64,000 nucleotides of DNA, from contig MU058423.1 of NCBI GenBank assembly GCA_013265495.1, positions 9,595,627 to 9,659,626 of the forward strand. Direction: 5' to 3'. The translations under genes were made by a program, and so were the position numbers. Below, piece after piece: positions 25,981 through 38,863 of this stretch. Each line of letters begins with the position of its first letter. Positions within the stretch are counted from its first letter, which is position 1. Source of the stretch: Vicugna vicugna (taxonomy: Eukaryota). The notes under the pieces are model-generated. The model did not search any database. It saw nothing but the letters and a program-made list of their open reading frames with translations, and had not been told where the DNA came from.

Positions 25981-26915
25981 GGTGGGGGTGGGTGACGGAT
26001 AGTTTCCACTCTGCAAAGCTGAATGTAGCCCATAGCCAATGTTTCTGGATGCCACGGTCCACGAGACAGCCTGATGGCCCATCGTGGTGGTGATGTTGGT
26101 ATTAGGTGTTTAGGCAGTTGCCCATTTACAAACTCTGCTTTACTGACAAATAAAACGTGTCTGTGTTTCTGCCCCAAAATTCAGTCTTGTCACCCCTTAT
26201 AGACTTTTCCTTCCAGCAATTGTTTGTGGCCCATTTGATATTAACTGGACCCCAGGTGTGAGCCTAATTGTGCGAGGGGTGCCCAAAGCTCTCCTTATGA
26301 AGCGTGGAAAAGCCTTTTCTCCTTAAGGATGCCCCGCACAGTGACAGACACTCAGTGGGTGCTCCAGGAACACACATGGCTGAGGCTGCCAATGTCACTC
26401 ACACCGGAAACAGCTTTCGGTCACTCTTTAGTGTCATCCGTGTCATCATTTAAATGTAGAATTGGTAGAATTGTGGCTTTCTCATATCTGTAAATTTCCC
26501 AGTTCTGAGAAGTCTTGGTTATCAAATCAGAAAATCAGCTGGTTTTTGCATAAATGAGTGAAAGTTCATTTTCCACTAGTTAGAAGAGAAACTAAGTAAG
26601 TGAATTTTTATATTTGTACCTTTATTTTAGCTATTTTTAAAAATGGATCTTTATTTCTAGATACATGAAAAAATTCTTCTGGTTGGTTTTCTTCCGAGGT
26701 TCCCCATCCTTCTTTCATTTCTAAAATGTACCTTGAGAAGTGCACATGGGCAAAAATCTGTTTTTACATGCATTTGGTTGGAAATCAGATGCTGAGGGGA
26801 AAAGCCAGATATCAATTGTGCAGCCATATTTTACATTTGGACTCAACCAGAGCATCGTGGGTCAGGACTACACTGCTTCATTTAGATCAGCTTGTTGTCT
26901 ATAGGTGTCATTCTT

Positions 26916-27052
26916 TTCTTAACTGAAGTATAATTGATTTACAGTGTGTTGGTTTCTGGTATACAGCTTAGTGATTCAGTTATACATACATATATATATT
27001 TTTTTCATATTCTTTTTCATCATAGGTTATTACAAGATATTGAATATAGTTC
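26916..27052 (-). mobile_element. Short 5'-truncated L1 (extreme 3' UTR) with TSD
   Basis: 'tgaagtataattgatttacagtgtgttggtttctggtatacagc...gttattacaagatattgaatatagttc'; TSD aggtgtcattctt (26903-26915) / aggtgccattctt (27066-27078). Confidence 0.88.
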
Positions 27053-27494
27053 ATCAGAGGTTTAGAGGTGCCATTCTTAATTATCCATCACTTCTGGAAG
27101 GGATTTGTCAGAAATTGTGAGGCTTCATTGTGTCCCATAACTTTTTCCAGCTCCTGTGCCTCAGTGCACCAGCCTTTCTATTTTGACTTCTTTACTAGTG
27201 CAGCATCCTTTAGGTATTTCTTACCACTCACAGAGCGGAAGTCAGCACCTCCCTGGAGTGGGAAGCCTAGGATTCCTTCCAAGGAGTTGCAAGAAAAACT
27301 GAAAGAGTTATGCACAGAGAATCAGTGCATACTGCATTCCTCCAGCTCAGCTGAAAAATTGCCATTGAACTGTCATGTTTCCTTTTGGGCTAATCAGTGT
27401 GCTTTCTTTCAGAGCAGAATGATTTTGTGGACTGTGGATATCTCTCTTAGCCTAGCCTAATTAATTATCCATAGACGTCTACTTACTTAAGAAG

Positions 27495-27720
27495 CGTGTT
27501 GTAGTGGAAATGGCGTAGTCTTGGAGACAAAAACCCTGAGTCCTGCCAGTTCTTATTAACATGACTTCAGACAAATAGCCCAAGTCCCTGGAATCCGTTC
27601 CTCATCAGTGGAAAGGAGTTAACAAGACCTGCTCTACCTTGTAAGATTGTTGTGAGGCTTGACAATGAGGTAACGTATGGGAGTGTTTCGCACACTGTAA
27701 AGCACTATAGACATGTAGTT
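27495..27720 (+). mobile_element. MIR
   Basis: 'ccgttcctcatcagtggaaagg...gattgttgtgaggctt...ctgtaaagcactatagacatgt'. Confidence 0.7.
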
Positions 27721-27788
27721 ATAAACTCTCATCACTGAACCAGAGCTCACCACCTCTTTCTATATATATGCCTCATAGAAGGGAAATA

Positions 27789-28286
27789 CTGACAGTCCCC
27801 GACTTACAATAGTTCCACTTACAAGTTTTCAACTTTATGATGGTTTGTAAGCAATGTGCATTCAGTAGAAATCGTACTTCAGATTTTGAGTCTTGATCTT
27901 TCCCTGGGCTAGGAATACGTGGTGCTGGGCACGGGGCAGAAAATCCCAGCTCCCAGTCAGCCACACGGTCCTGAGTGTGGACAGCTGATAGCCCTCCCAC
28001 CATCCTGCACCTGTACAAACATTCTGTTTCTCACTCTCAGTACAAGATTCAATAAATTGCATGAGATATTCAACACTTCATGATAAAATTGGCTTTGTGT
28101 TAGAGAATTTTACACAACTGTAGGCTAGTGTCAGTGTCCTGAGCACATCTGAGGTAGGCTAGGCTAAGCTATGATGTTTGGTAGGTTAGATGTAATTAAA
28201 GCCATGTTTGACTTACCGTATTTTCAACCTTGGTTGCAAAATGGGTTTATTGGGACATAACCCCATCAGAAGTTGAGGAAGATCTG
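27789..28286 (-). mobile_element. MER47/Tigger5-family non-autonomous TcMar-Tigger element
   Basis: TIRs 'ctgacagtccccgacttacaat' and 'ccatcagaagttgaggaagatctg'; TA at the left flank; internal 'gtaggctaggctaagctatgatgtttggtaggttag'. Confidence 0.85.
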
Positions 28287-28377
28287 CAATTTCACTTCTG
28301 TGCCAGGTTCTTATAAACACTACCCCTCCCTGCCAGGCCAGCGCAAACCCCAGCCCTCCCCACCCTGCAGTCACGAG

Positions 28378-28600
28378 GTCTGGCACAGCGATGAAGAGCT
28401 GGACGTCGGGGCTCAGATCCTGACTTCTTCGCTTACGAGCTGTGGGATCCTGGATTCGCTGCTCAGCATTTCCAAGCCTCAGCTCCTCACCTTTTGCACT
28501 GCGATATGGATTGTATCCATACTTAAGCTTGATTAGAGATTATATGAGCTCTGTAAAGTGGTTAGTATTGTGTCCGGTATGCAGTGAAATGTGAATTTTA
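28378..28600 (+). mobile_element. MIR
   Basis: 'gctcagatcctgacttcttcgcttacgagctgtgggatcctgg...aagcctcagctcctcacct'. Confidence 0.75.
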
Positions 28601-29959
28601 GCTATTACTGATTTGCTATTACCATGGCCAGAAGTAGATCAGGTGATGCTGAGAAGATGGCTAATGTTGTATTTCTCTTCCCTGTAAATGGCTAATAGTT
28701 TGCCACAGGCCAGGGGTTCTTTCTTTAAGAGCTCATGCCAGCATTGTCAGCGAGGTAGGTTGTTTTTTTTAATCTTTTTTTTTTTTTTTGTCGTTTAACT
28801 TGAGGTCATTTTAATTTTAATTTGATCTCTTGTCCTCTACTGTCTCCTCATTTCCCATTCTGACTGAAATGAATAATAATCAGTATTTTCTAGATACTGT
28901 GATTTCATTTTCTCCCCAATGTCTGACATTTTACATTTTTATTTGTTCATTTATTTATATGAGTAATATGATAAAGGAGACATCATGAAATCATATTTAA
29001 CTATACTCTTATTTAACTTTTAATTTTTAGGAAGAAGGTAAAAAGATGTGAAATATATTATGTCCTGGAAAATCTCATGTACATGGTCATAGTACTCATG
29101 GATTTAAGAATCAGATTAATGAAGCTAATCCCATTAAGCTTTCAGAAACTACAATTAAAACCACTTTGTTTCCTACAATACAAACTGATAAAATTGTTTT
29201 TAGATCATAAAGCTCAATGCCTAAAAAACTTAGGGTGGAAAATCAGGTAGGAGAACTGAAAGAGAAAGATTCATTTCAGAGCATCTATTTTCGTGGGAAT
29301 TTCTGAGTGCACTTGTTGAAAATCAGTGTTCGTTTTTTGCTAATATATTATTAAGGAAGCTGTTGAGGACCTGAGGTAGATGGGCACAATGGGAATTTCT
29401 GGACCAAAGAATTGGAGAGGATGAAAGCTAATGAAGAAATAAATGTATTTCACCCACAGACTTCTTCATGCATGAGCTTAGAATGGGCTGACAAATAGGA
29501 CAGGACTCACATCTACACATTTTTATTCTTACCATATTTGTAAGCACGTACCCTGCTGGGAGATCTAGTCCGTCAACATGGTCACACACAGGACCTCCAA
29601 AGGATTCCATTCAACTGTCCTCTGTTGATCAGTTAAGAACTAGGTTACTCTATAAGAATACAGCCATGTGTTGGCAGCTAGATCTGCTGTATCTTTGGAT
29701 TTCTATTAATTTTCACTTTATTTTCTTAAACTTAATAAATGTCCAAAGCATTTACATATGTATGGGAAAAGCCCTCTTCCTCTGTACTTTAGGGCATTAT
29801 CTTAATTATTCTGGGGATCACTGTTTCCTCATATCCTACTCACTCATTAGCTGGTTTCTCCTCCTCTGTTATGCTTCTCCACATACACTAGGCTGCTCCC
29901 TCCAAGGTCTTTAGAGACTTCCAGCATGGCAGATCCCATGGACAACATTCAGATACCTC

Positions 29960-31450
29960 CATGCTTGACTCTTCTGTGGCATTGATACTAGTCCTTGAAG
30001 TTTGTCACAGTTACATCTTTCTTGTAGGATCTTCTTCTTTCATCTGCCTCTTAAATGTTGATATTCTCTATGGTTAAATCTTTAAATCTTTCTCCTCGCT
30101 TTATAAATATTCCCTTGGCATATAATAGCTACCCTCCTACATTCCAATGACGTGTATGATATATATATATCTTTAATCAATGTCTCAGTCCTTGTCTCTA
30201 AGCCCATGTTTCTTATTATCTATTAGATTACTCTTTCTGCATATCCAACAGCTAACTTAAATATTCTAGGTTTAAAATATCAGTCATTTCTCCCCAAATT
30301 TGCTTCTTCTCAGCAATATGTAACTTTAAATATATTGCTTAATAATAATATTATTCATCAAGTAGCCCATTAAAAAATTCTGAATATTACTTTTGAATTT
30401 CCTTCTAGTCAACTGCTCCATTTCCACCCATGTCCAGTCTTTATCTGTCTGTGCTGGAGATCTCCCAAACCACATCCACCTTCGCTGATTTACTGGGAGG
30501 CCTTGCAGGACTAGATGTGCAATGGTGCTCACAGCTAAGATTTATTACAATGCAAAATCAGGAAAGGGAAAAGTTATATGAAGTTAAAACCAGAAGAAAC
30601 CAAGTGCAGACTTCTGGGAGTCCTTTCCCTGTGGGAACTCCCAGAACACATTTAGTTTCTTCAGCATCGAATTGTGACAATATATCTGAAATGTTGTCCA
30701 CTGGGCAAGCTCATTAGAAGCTCTTGGCCTAAGGTTTTTATTGGTGACTGGTCACACAGGGACCACCTGCCTAGCCCACATCCCAATTCCAGATACCCAG
30801 AAGGGAAGAAGGGTTATGTTCAGCATAAACTGCCTTGTTTGTATAAACAATTTAGGCACAATGAGCCTTTCTAATCAGCTAAGATTTATTGGGAACTGTC
30901 CTGCAATCCAAGCTTCCAGATACTGGCCAAAGGCCAACCTTGAAAGTGAGTCTTTCTGAGAATACCGGGCCAGCTGTGTAAACTCTCTTCTGCACATTTT
31001 TCTCTACACTGAATGTCTTTCTGAAACACCTATCCGTTCCCTGATTAAACCTTTTTTTTGATCTCCACTAACTTCACTCTAAAGCCCAACTCCCACTTAA
31101 TGATGTATCCCCAAAGGTCTACTACAGGGCCTCGTACGTGGTAGGCATTGTATGATTGATAGGAAAATATGCAAAATTCCTCATAATTGTGTCATGTTCT
31201 ACGTTTTCCATTGTCATCTCTCATCCCTCTCCAAAGCATGCTTGTATTTTAGAGGTTCCGCACTCTGATCTGCCCACGCTTTCCCACATGTTCAGCTCTT
31301 TGCGGTGGAAATTTCTTCTTCCTGGAGTCCTCTTTCTGCCATCAGCCACCTGGCAAAGGCCAAGCCTCAGCTCACGAGTGAGTGCCTGCTCTCCCATCGC
31401 CCTGTGATGGTGATGTACGCACAGCCAGGTAAGCTCTCCATGCTTCTCTG
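29960..31450 (+). mobile_element. Degraded L2 pieces flanking the MER21-like LTR
   Basis: 'cctcttaaatgttgatattctc', 'ctaacttaaatattct...tctccccaaatttgcttct' and 'ttattcatcaagtagccc'. Confidence 0.5.
30450..30996 (-). mobile_element. MER21(C)-like LTR
   Basis: 'ccaaaccacatccaccttcgctgatttact...ctcacagctaagatttattaca...aaggtttttattggtgactggtcacacagg...actctcttctgcaca'. Confidence 0.8.
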
Positions 31451-33884
31451 ACATTGGCCCTCGTTACTTTAGCAGATTTAAGAATGTGTATGATGAGAAT
31501 GAAGAGGTGCTTTAATACAAAGGGCCAAATGATCACCTAGACAGATTGCCGCACGGTAGTACTTATTTTTTCGCGGGTGACCTGACCGCCGTTCAGGCTC
31601 AGACTCTTAGCCTTCTGTGCTCAGGCACTAGCCTCAGCCACGTCTCAGTTAATAAGAATGATTGGACGTAAAGGCGCTAAATCACACTGAGAGACCTCAC
31701 AGAGGCCATTTGGTCGATTTAAAATGAGAAACATCTGTGAAGACGACTTGAGTCACATTTGTCTGATAAGTACGTTTGCTCTCTGCAGATAAACTGGAAG
31801 CCAGATGATTGGGGAGATACTTGACAAGCATGGACTCAGAACAAGGGGATTTACATACATTGTATAATTTCAATATTTCATGGCATTAGGCTCCCTTAAC
31901 TGGGCATAGTAACCTCAGAAACAGGGATGTACCTTCAGGCAGATCAGATAAACCTATAAGCCTGATAAAAACTCTTGTCCTGGACAGTATTTGGACAAGA
32001 ACTGCAATATTTGCCTGCCCCTTTTTCTCTAGACATGACTCTCTTTTTCTCTCTATATTTGAGTGGCTGGCCTAGTCCTTGTTTAACTGGCACGTTCTTT
32101 CCGATTTTATTGTAGATGATAGTCTAATTTTTACTGGCCAGTCTATTTCTTTAAGCAGAATTTGCAAATCTCTGCTTTGATAAAGCGTTGATTTCTGGGG
32201 GCAAAAACCAATCATTTTTCTTATTCCTATTTTATTTTTGAGGTGATGAGGAGACCTTTGCCTTGCGATTACTTGTTTATTTTACACACGTGACTTATCC
32301 AAAAATGAATAATCTCCCAGAGCTCAGGGACTATGACATTAAGTCTGGTGTCCCAATACTTAGCCTAGAATTTGATCACAAAAAAAATGTCGCATAAATG
32401 AAAAATAAGGATTCTCTTTGGTAGTAAAGTGATGTTCATATTATTTGATATTTTAAACTATCTTTAAGTAAAAGTGTTATTTGGGAATCTATAATTATTT
32501 TAACATGTTAGAAGTTGTGTTTATTTTTTGTTGTCCTTTTTAGGAAGCTATGTTCAATTAATTAATAATGTATTGAGACAGAGACAAAGAAAAAGTCGTT
32601 AAAAGCAAGATTACTAGCTTGTAGTTGATTATATTAAAATTCTCATAGGCTGAAATTATGTAATATATTGTGATAAATATTTAGCTTATCAATAGTGTAG
32701 CATTATTTATTGAATTGCTTAAATTTGAAATAGGCAGATGTGTATGATATCAATGGGCCCTTAACTCTGAATCATGTTGATTACCAAGTTTTCTGAAGAC
32801 CAGAAACATTTTTTGAGAAAAGAGGTAGGTTGATTTTTCTAAAGAAAGGACATCATGTTTATAAAGTTTAACTGGCTTATATGTAACAACTCTATTCTGG
32901 AATGTTCAGGTACTTAGGTCTGTGTTTTGCAACCTGTTTACGTCATAGCTAACATCAAAATGTTAAGCTTGTCAGGTATACATGAGGTTCCCCATGTATT
33001 TTACTGAGATTTTGTTTTTGTAGTCACAGCAGCCGTGTTACTGCAGGTGGAACACAACGGTGGGACTAAGAAATGTCATATACAATAGAGTTATTATCTG
33101 CCTTACCATCCACAAAGGAGTGGGTTAAGTGAACATGGAAATGGGCCATGAAAACGGGCCATGAAAACGTCTGTTTACTAAATTGGGGCATGATAGGAGA
33201 ATGAATGGCTTGAGAGGTCAAACGACTTGTGTGTTAAAACTCAATATATGTGAAAGTAAGGAGGAATCACCATTGGATAGATTGTTGAGACATTTTGGAG
33301 AAGATAAAGAAGAAGGGGCAGGAGGTGATACCAGAGCTTATGTAAATCTCTTTTTCACTTTTAATGTTTTTCTTTCTCTCTGGCTGATCATACAGTCTTG
33401 AGAACTGTACTGCATTTACAAGTTCCAGAGGAGGGATCAATTGCTGAACGAGACACTATGATAACCATTTCTAAATACAACTGTTCAAATCTATAGAGGA
33501 ATGGTGGGGTCAGTGTTTCCTTGTCACCTGTCTAAGCTGGGATAAATGCTGTCTCCCTCTTTCCGATCTAGTGGTTGAAAGAGTCCTATAAATGTTACTT
33601 TTTCATCTGAATGAGTGGAAGTGGATGAAGGATTAAGCACTGGGCAGGTTTATAGTGCTGCCAGCGTCATGAGTCATTCCTCTTGCTGAACCTGCTTTTT
33701 CTACTCCATGGCAGAGGATCTGGGCTAAAATTAATGACAAGTGGAAAGAAAGGGAAATCGTTGTTGAGGGAGTTGCAGGTGGATAAAGCTAAAAGAAAAG
33801 CTAACGTTATCTTGCTAGTTTGTGAGAGGCTGAGAGCAATAGAATGAAATTATCTCTTAGCTGTGTTTACGCATGTACACAAGG

Positions 33885-34049
33885 CAGATGACGTCATTTG
33901 CAGAGCTGGGTGCAAATTAAAGTGCAGAGCTCCTTGTTAAAAAGTAGTTAGGAATTTCAAGTCAGCCCAGCATTAAACCAAACGTGAGTCTCTTCTAAGC
34001 CAGCGCCCTGTGTCACTACACAGTTTGCAAGCCCAGGAAGCTGGCCTGG
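33885..34049 (-). mobile_element. MER91A (hAT-Tip100)
   Basis: 'ggtgcaaattaaagtgcagagctccttgtt...ggaatttcaag...agcattaaaccaa...ttctaagc...ccctgtgtcactacacag...gaagctggcctgg'. Confidence 0.75.
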
Positions 34050-34253
34050 AACCTCTCAAGAGTGAAGCTATTTGCCTGCCAAAATATGCTCCTTTATTTG
34101 AAGCTGAAGGTCCAGGATGGGTCCTAGTACATTTAAAAAGCATTTATGTGGCATCAGCTATGTGATGCGTGTCAATAATATTTGTTAAGTTTTTGTGGGT
34201 GGACACTTGAAATAATTCTTATGTTGCCTTGTTTTTAGTTTTCTATTTTACAG

Positions 34254-34293
34254 GTTATGTATAGAAACATTGTAAGAGGCCTCGCTTCAGAAG
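34254..34293 (+). other. Candidate small exon (40 nt)
   Basis: Strong acceptor 'ttgtttttagttttctattttacag|G', donor 'AAG|gtaaca'. Confidence 0.25.
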
Positions 34294-34532
34294 GTAACAT
34301 GTGCGAATCATTGCCTCCTGAATGCATGCAAAATACTTTGTTCCACAACAAAGCCACGGGTCACATGTAGCTGTTAACCTAATTGATAAGCTGTTGAAAA
34401 AGGTGCCTGAGCCAATGAACATAAAAGATATTTTATCAGGTTCCCTTGTCTATAGACATGCATTTGTAAGTGGAGACCAATGATCAAGGTAAAGAAAACT
34501 TAATAAGCTGAAATCATTGTTAGTTTAAGTGT

Positions 34533-34852
34533 GACTTGGTATATAATAATCCCTAGATCCATCCACTTTGCTGCAAATGGCATTATTTCATTATTTTTTA
34601 TGGCTGAGTAGTATCCTATTGTGTATACATACATCACATCTTCTTTGTTCATACATCTGTTGATGGACATTTAGGTTGCTTCCATCTTTTGGCTGTTGTG
34701 AATAGCACTGCTATAAACATTGGGGTGAATGAATCTTTTCGAATTAGATTTTTTTTCAGATATGTGCCCAGGAGTGGGATTGCTGGATCATATGGTAACT
34801 CTATTTGTACTTTTTTAAATAACTTGCATACTGTTCTCCAGAGTGGATGCAA
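34533..34852 (-). mobile_element. L1 fragment (ORF2 C-terminus and start of 3' UTR)
   Basis: ORF 34649-34885(-): IELPYDPAIPLLGTY...TPMFIAVLFTTAKRWKQPKCPSTD. Confidence 0.92.
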
Positions 34853-35109
34853 AAACTTCAACTTTTTAAATTTAAATCTTTGCAAAATCTTTACATACTT
34901 CTTTTTTTAATTAAACATCTACATCAAAATTATTTAGCCTTTTCTTGATGACTGAGGGTCATAAATATTTAAGTGTTGTTTTCTCTTTCTATAAATAATT
35001 CCAAGACTATTGTCAATTGTTACAACTCAAGGCATATGCATTGAAAAGTGGCCCTATTTCCCATTCAAGCCTCTGCTTCTAGGAGTCAGTCAAAAGTGTA
35101 TTTAGTTGG

Positions 35110-35530
35110 TGTTTATCAAGCATTTATTTCAGTATTATATTAGGAAAACAGAGCAGACATTGATTTCATAGTACTTATAGTCTAGACACTAAACAAGAAT
35201 CACATAAATAAAAATGTAAATTTAAGCTGAATAGTCACCAAGAATGGAAACTGCAGGGGTATTAATGAGGGGGTAAAACAAAGGCGGCTGATTTAGACTT
35301 GTGTGTCAGGAGAGAGATGACACATGAGCTGAGACCCGAATAGGTAAGTCTTAGCCAGATGGAGAATGAGGAGGAACATCCAGGTAGAAGAAACAGCATG
35401 TGCTAAAGCCCTGAGGGTACAAAAGGGCTCAGCACCTTCAGGAACTGAAGGGAAGCCTGCAGGGGGCAGTAATGAGCGGGGGGGGGGGTGCATGCTGCAG
35501 AGTCTGTGAGGCCAGATACAGGAAGTTCTA
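35110..35530 (-). mobile_element. L2 fragment
   Basis: 'gagatgacacatgagctgagacccgaa...ccaggtagaagaaacagcatgtgctaaagccctgagg'. Confidence 0.75.
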
Positions 35531-36533
35531 TCCATGGACTCTAAGGACCCCAACGCATACGTCTAGGAAGCTGACGCATTTACCTGTTTTTTTGCAGCAC
35601 AGGACAAGGGAGTTAACTACAGAACCACAGTTACAAGTACATTGTACCAGGCCGTGTGTTAGCTTCTTTAGACATATGATTTCATTTGTTCTCAAAATGA
35701 TACTGAAAAAGTCAACATCACCATAAAAATCCAGAGCAGTGCCAGAAATTTTATTCTAATTTTTGGAAAATCTGCCAGCTGATGCCAGGTATAGAAAGGA
35801 GGGATCAGAAATTTCTGTATGTTCTATTACTGAACTCATCGCTGTCATTTTGTGCAAATGAGTGTCAGTTTGGGGCTATATATACTCGACTTGACATCTC
35901 AGGTAGAGTTTTGCCAAAGTATAAGCTAGGCAGCTGCAAATTAGAAACTTTGTGCAATCAACAGTCCATTTTACTTATCCTGTGAAAAACCAGTGACCTG
36001 CTGTGTTCCACTTCCACCGCTCTAATTATCCTCATTTGGGGTATATTTCAAATTTTCTCAGAAATAACTTCTCTGAAAATTATGTAACCAAAATGAAGTT
36101 TCTTAGAATATCATATTGAGATGATTTAATATTCGACCAAACTAACATATAGCAGATAGACAATTACTGTCTTAGAGAAAACAATGAGCAATGATTTGGA
36201 CTTCTAAAGTCATTGCCATTTTTTCTTACAGTTTTATCTCTTCTCTGAGAACTGTTGGCTTCCCTTCCACAATTGAAAGTGACCCGTTTCCCACTTTTGT
36301 GCTTCCTTTCTGCCGTATTTTGTTTGCTGATTTAAGATGCTACACTCTTGTTAGCTGCCTGACGTGTATTTCTGGGTTCTCAGAGTGGCAGTAGAGATCA
36401 GTTATTATTAAGTATTGGAAGTGAATAAAATGAGCATAATCTTTACTCAGCAAATTCATGTCTAGGGAGAAAGTCAGTTTGAATGCAACTACCGTGTTCC
36501 GAAGAAACCTTGCGTTCTTAAGAATCAGAGTAT

Positions 36534-36658
36534 GAGGGGGAGGGTATAGTTCAGTGGAAGAGTTCATGCTTAACGTGCAGGAGGTCCTGGATTTAACCCC
36601 CAATGCCTCCACTTAGAAAATAAATAAGTAAACCTAACTACCCACCCCCACCAAAAAG
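36534..36658 (+). mobile_element. Vic-1-type camelid tRNA(Ala)-derived SINE
   Basis: 'ggggagggtatagttcagtggaagagttcatgcttaacgtgcaggaggtcctggatttaacccccaatgcctcc...aaataaataagtaaacctaactaccc...aaaaa'; decayed A and B boxes; TSD agaatcagagtat (36521-36533) / agaatcatattat (36659-36671). Confidence 0.85.
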
Positions 36659-37129
36659 AGAATCATATTATAAAAGCAAGCAATTGTAGAGATGGAGGTT
36701 AAAACCTAGACAGTTTCAGAAAGATAATTACAAGATTATTTTTTCTCTAGAAATTTCAATGATACAGATATCTTAAAACTACCAATGATTTGTATTTTTA
36801 ATGTGAAAAGTAAATATTATCAATAGAAACAGAAAAAAATTAGATAACACATTCTGAGGAAACCCTGTGCATTTTAGATGATAATTAACTTGTAGATAAC
36901 CATTGCCTAAATAACTTTTATAACCCATTGCAATGATAAAGACCAGACTGAAATGAGATGTTTTAAAAATACACTGTCAAAATTAATTATAACATTCGTA
37001 ACTGGCAAGCTTTTCAAATTATAAGTGAAGAAAAAAGGGAAGAGGTGTGTGTCGCATGCTTACCATGCTTTAAAATCTCACCTGTGATCCTAATCACAAA
37101 ATCAGAGTCATTATGAAAATTTCAGCGAA

Positions 37130-37540
37130 AATGAAGTACTGGTATTACTTCAAAAAATCAGGACAAATATTGTATAGATTTATTTACAAAAACATTCATT
37201 GCAGCACTTTTTTAAGTGATACAAAAAATAGAAAAGTACCTAAAATTTTAACAATAGGGAATTGGCTCAATACATTTCAGTAAATTCCTGTAATGTATTT
37301 ATGTACATGTACTGTATGTATTTGTGGCATATTATTATGTGACAAAAGCCAGTTATAGAAGAGCATGTATATGACATTCTCGTTTTTGAAAATTTATATT
37401 TATATATGTTTTCCATTGAAAGTATCTAAAATATATATATAACAAAATATTCAGGCTAGTTGTCTAGAATCTAGAATTATGGATGTCTTTTCACTTTATT
37501 ATCTTTATGTTATTTGCTATAATAAATATGGATTATTTGG
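37130..37540 (+). mobile_element. Old L1 (L1MC/ME-like) 3' fragment
   Basis: 'acattcattgcagcactt...aagtacctaaa...caatagggaattggctcaataca'. Confidence 0.6.
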
Positions 37541-37999
37541 ATAATGTCTACAGCAATTGTTACAACAAAGATTATAATTATTACTTAATTAATAGGTACC
37601 TGTAAAAGAAATCCTAGCCCCTCAAAGACTGCAGCAGTTGGGAAAGAGCTTTTGGAAAGTGAGGAAAAAACCCATGGCCACATGAAAAACTGTTTATGGG
37701 TGCATGCTATCATGCTATCTTATCTTAATAACTGATTCAGCAAAATAATACTATGGAAAAATCTTTAAAGGACAGAATGCTGAGCACTAATAAGCATGTA
37801 GTTTACAGAATGCATCTAAGTTTAACCACTTATATTCTATTTGTTCTTAGGGAAAATTAAAGAAATATGGTGCAGGTAGAAAACCATAATGTTAATGTTC
37901 TCCCTAACTGAATGGCCAAGCTATGACAAAGGGGCCGTAAATGTGGTGGGTGTGGTAGATTTCCATGTAAGAATGAACTTTTTAAAAGCAGTTTGATAC

Positions 38000-38400
38000 T
38001 CATTTACTGAGCCCTCACCGTGTTCTAGATTTGGTGCTGTGCCAGCAAGACGTACAGCATCTCACTATCTTGCAAGAGAGAAAGAAACATTGAGAACTGA
38101 ATGATGTTTTAAGTGCAGAAGCAGCTGTTTAGACAAAGTGCTCTGAGAACACAGAGGCAGCAGTGGTGAATTCAGACTGATGTGGGGCGTTGCACTGAGA
38201 AGGCAAAATGTGAATTGCTCCTTAAAGAATGAGTAAGAGCTACCAGGCGAAGATTGATGAAAGAGCTTTCCAGACAGACAGAACAGTGACAGCAAGAGAA
38301 AAGGCGAAGTATGAGGTGTGTCATGGGAGCACCAGTCACTCCGAGGCGTGGGTGTGTGTTGCTGTGGGAAGGTTGTGTCATAGCGTGCACGTGAGGGGTG
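38000..38400 (-). mobile_element. L2 fragment
   Basis: 'catttactgagccctcaccgtgttctag...ccttaaagaatgagtaagag...ttccagacagacagaacag'. Confidence 0.65.
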
Positions 38401-38832
38401 TGGAAGATGCTAAGTTAGTCAGTGCAAGCAATTAGCGATGCAGGTGCAAAATTTAAAAGGTTAAAAAAGACATGAGGTGTGAAAATTGTTATTCTGAAAA
38501 TATAGATGGATGGCTTCTGTCATTTAAAATCTGTAGCAGGAAGAGAAGAGGTATCTATGGGGTGCATATCATTTGCCTTTATATTTATGGTTGCATTTAA
38601 TTCTTTCATCAAACTTAGGAGGTTAATTACTCTCAATTAAAATGCGGATGAGAAAATGGAAGCTACAGAAATTACCTGAATTCCTAGAAAGATGAAGTGC
38701 AGCAGCAGGATTCGGTCAAGAGTCATCCAACCACCTCCCCCCAATGGTAGTCTTTCCATCACACCACCAGTCTTTGATCTGAAATACCTGATTCTCATAT
38801 TTCAACAAACTGTGGGACACGTCGTCACAAAG

Positions 38833-38863
38833 ACCACTATCACCACCACCACCACCACCACCA
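38833..38863. repeat. (CAC)n microsatellite
   Basis: accactatcaccaccaccaccaccaccacca. Confidence 0.9.

Noticed and set aside
36534..36612. tRNA gene
   Set aside because: Mutated A and B boxes, a SINE tail and a TSD show it is a Vic-1-type SINE
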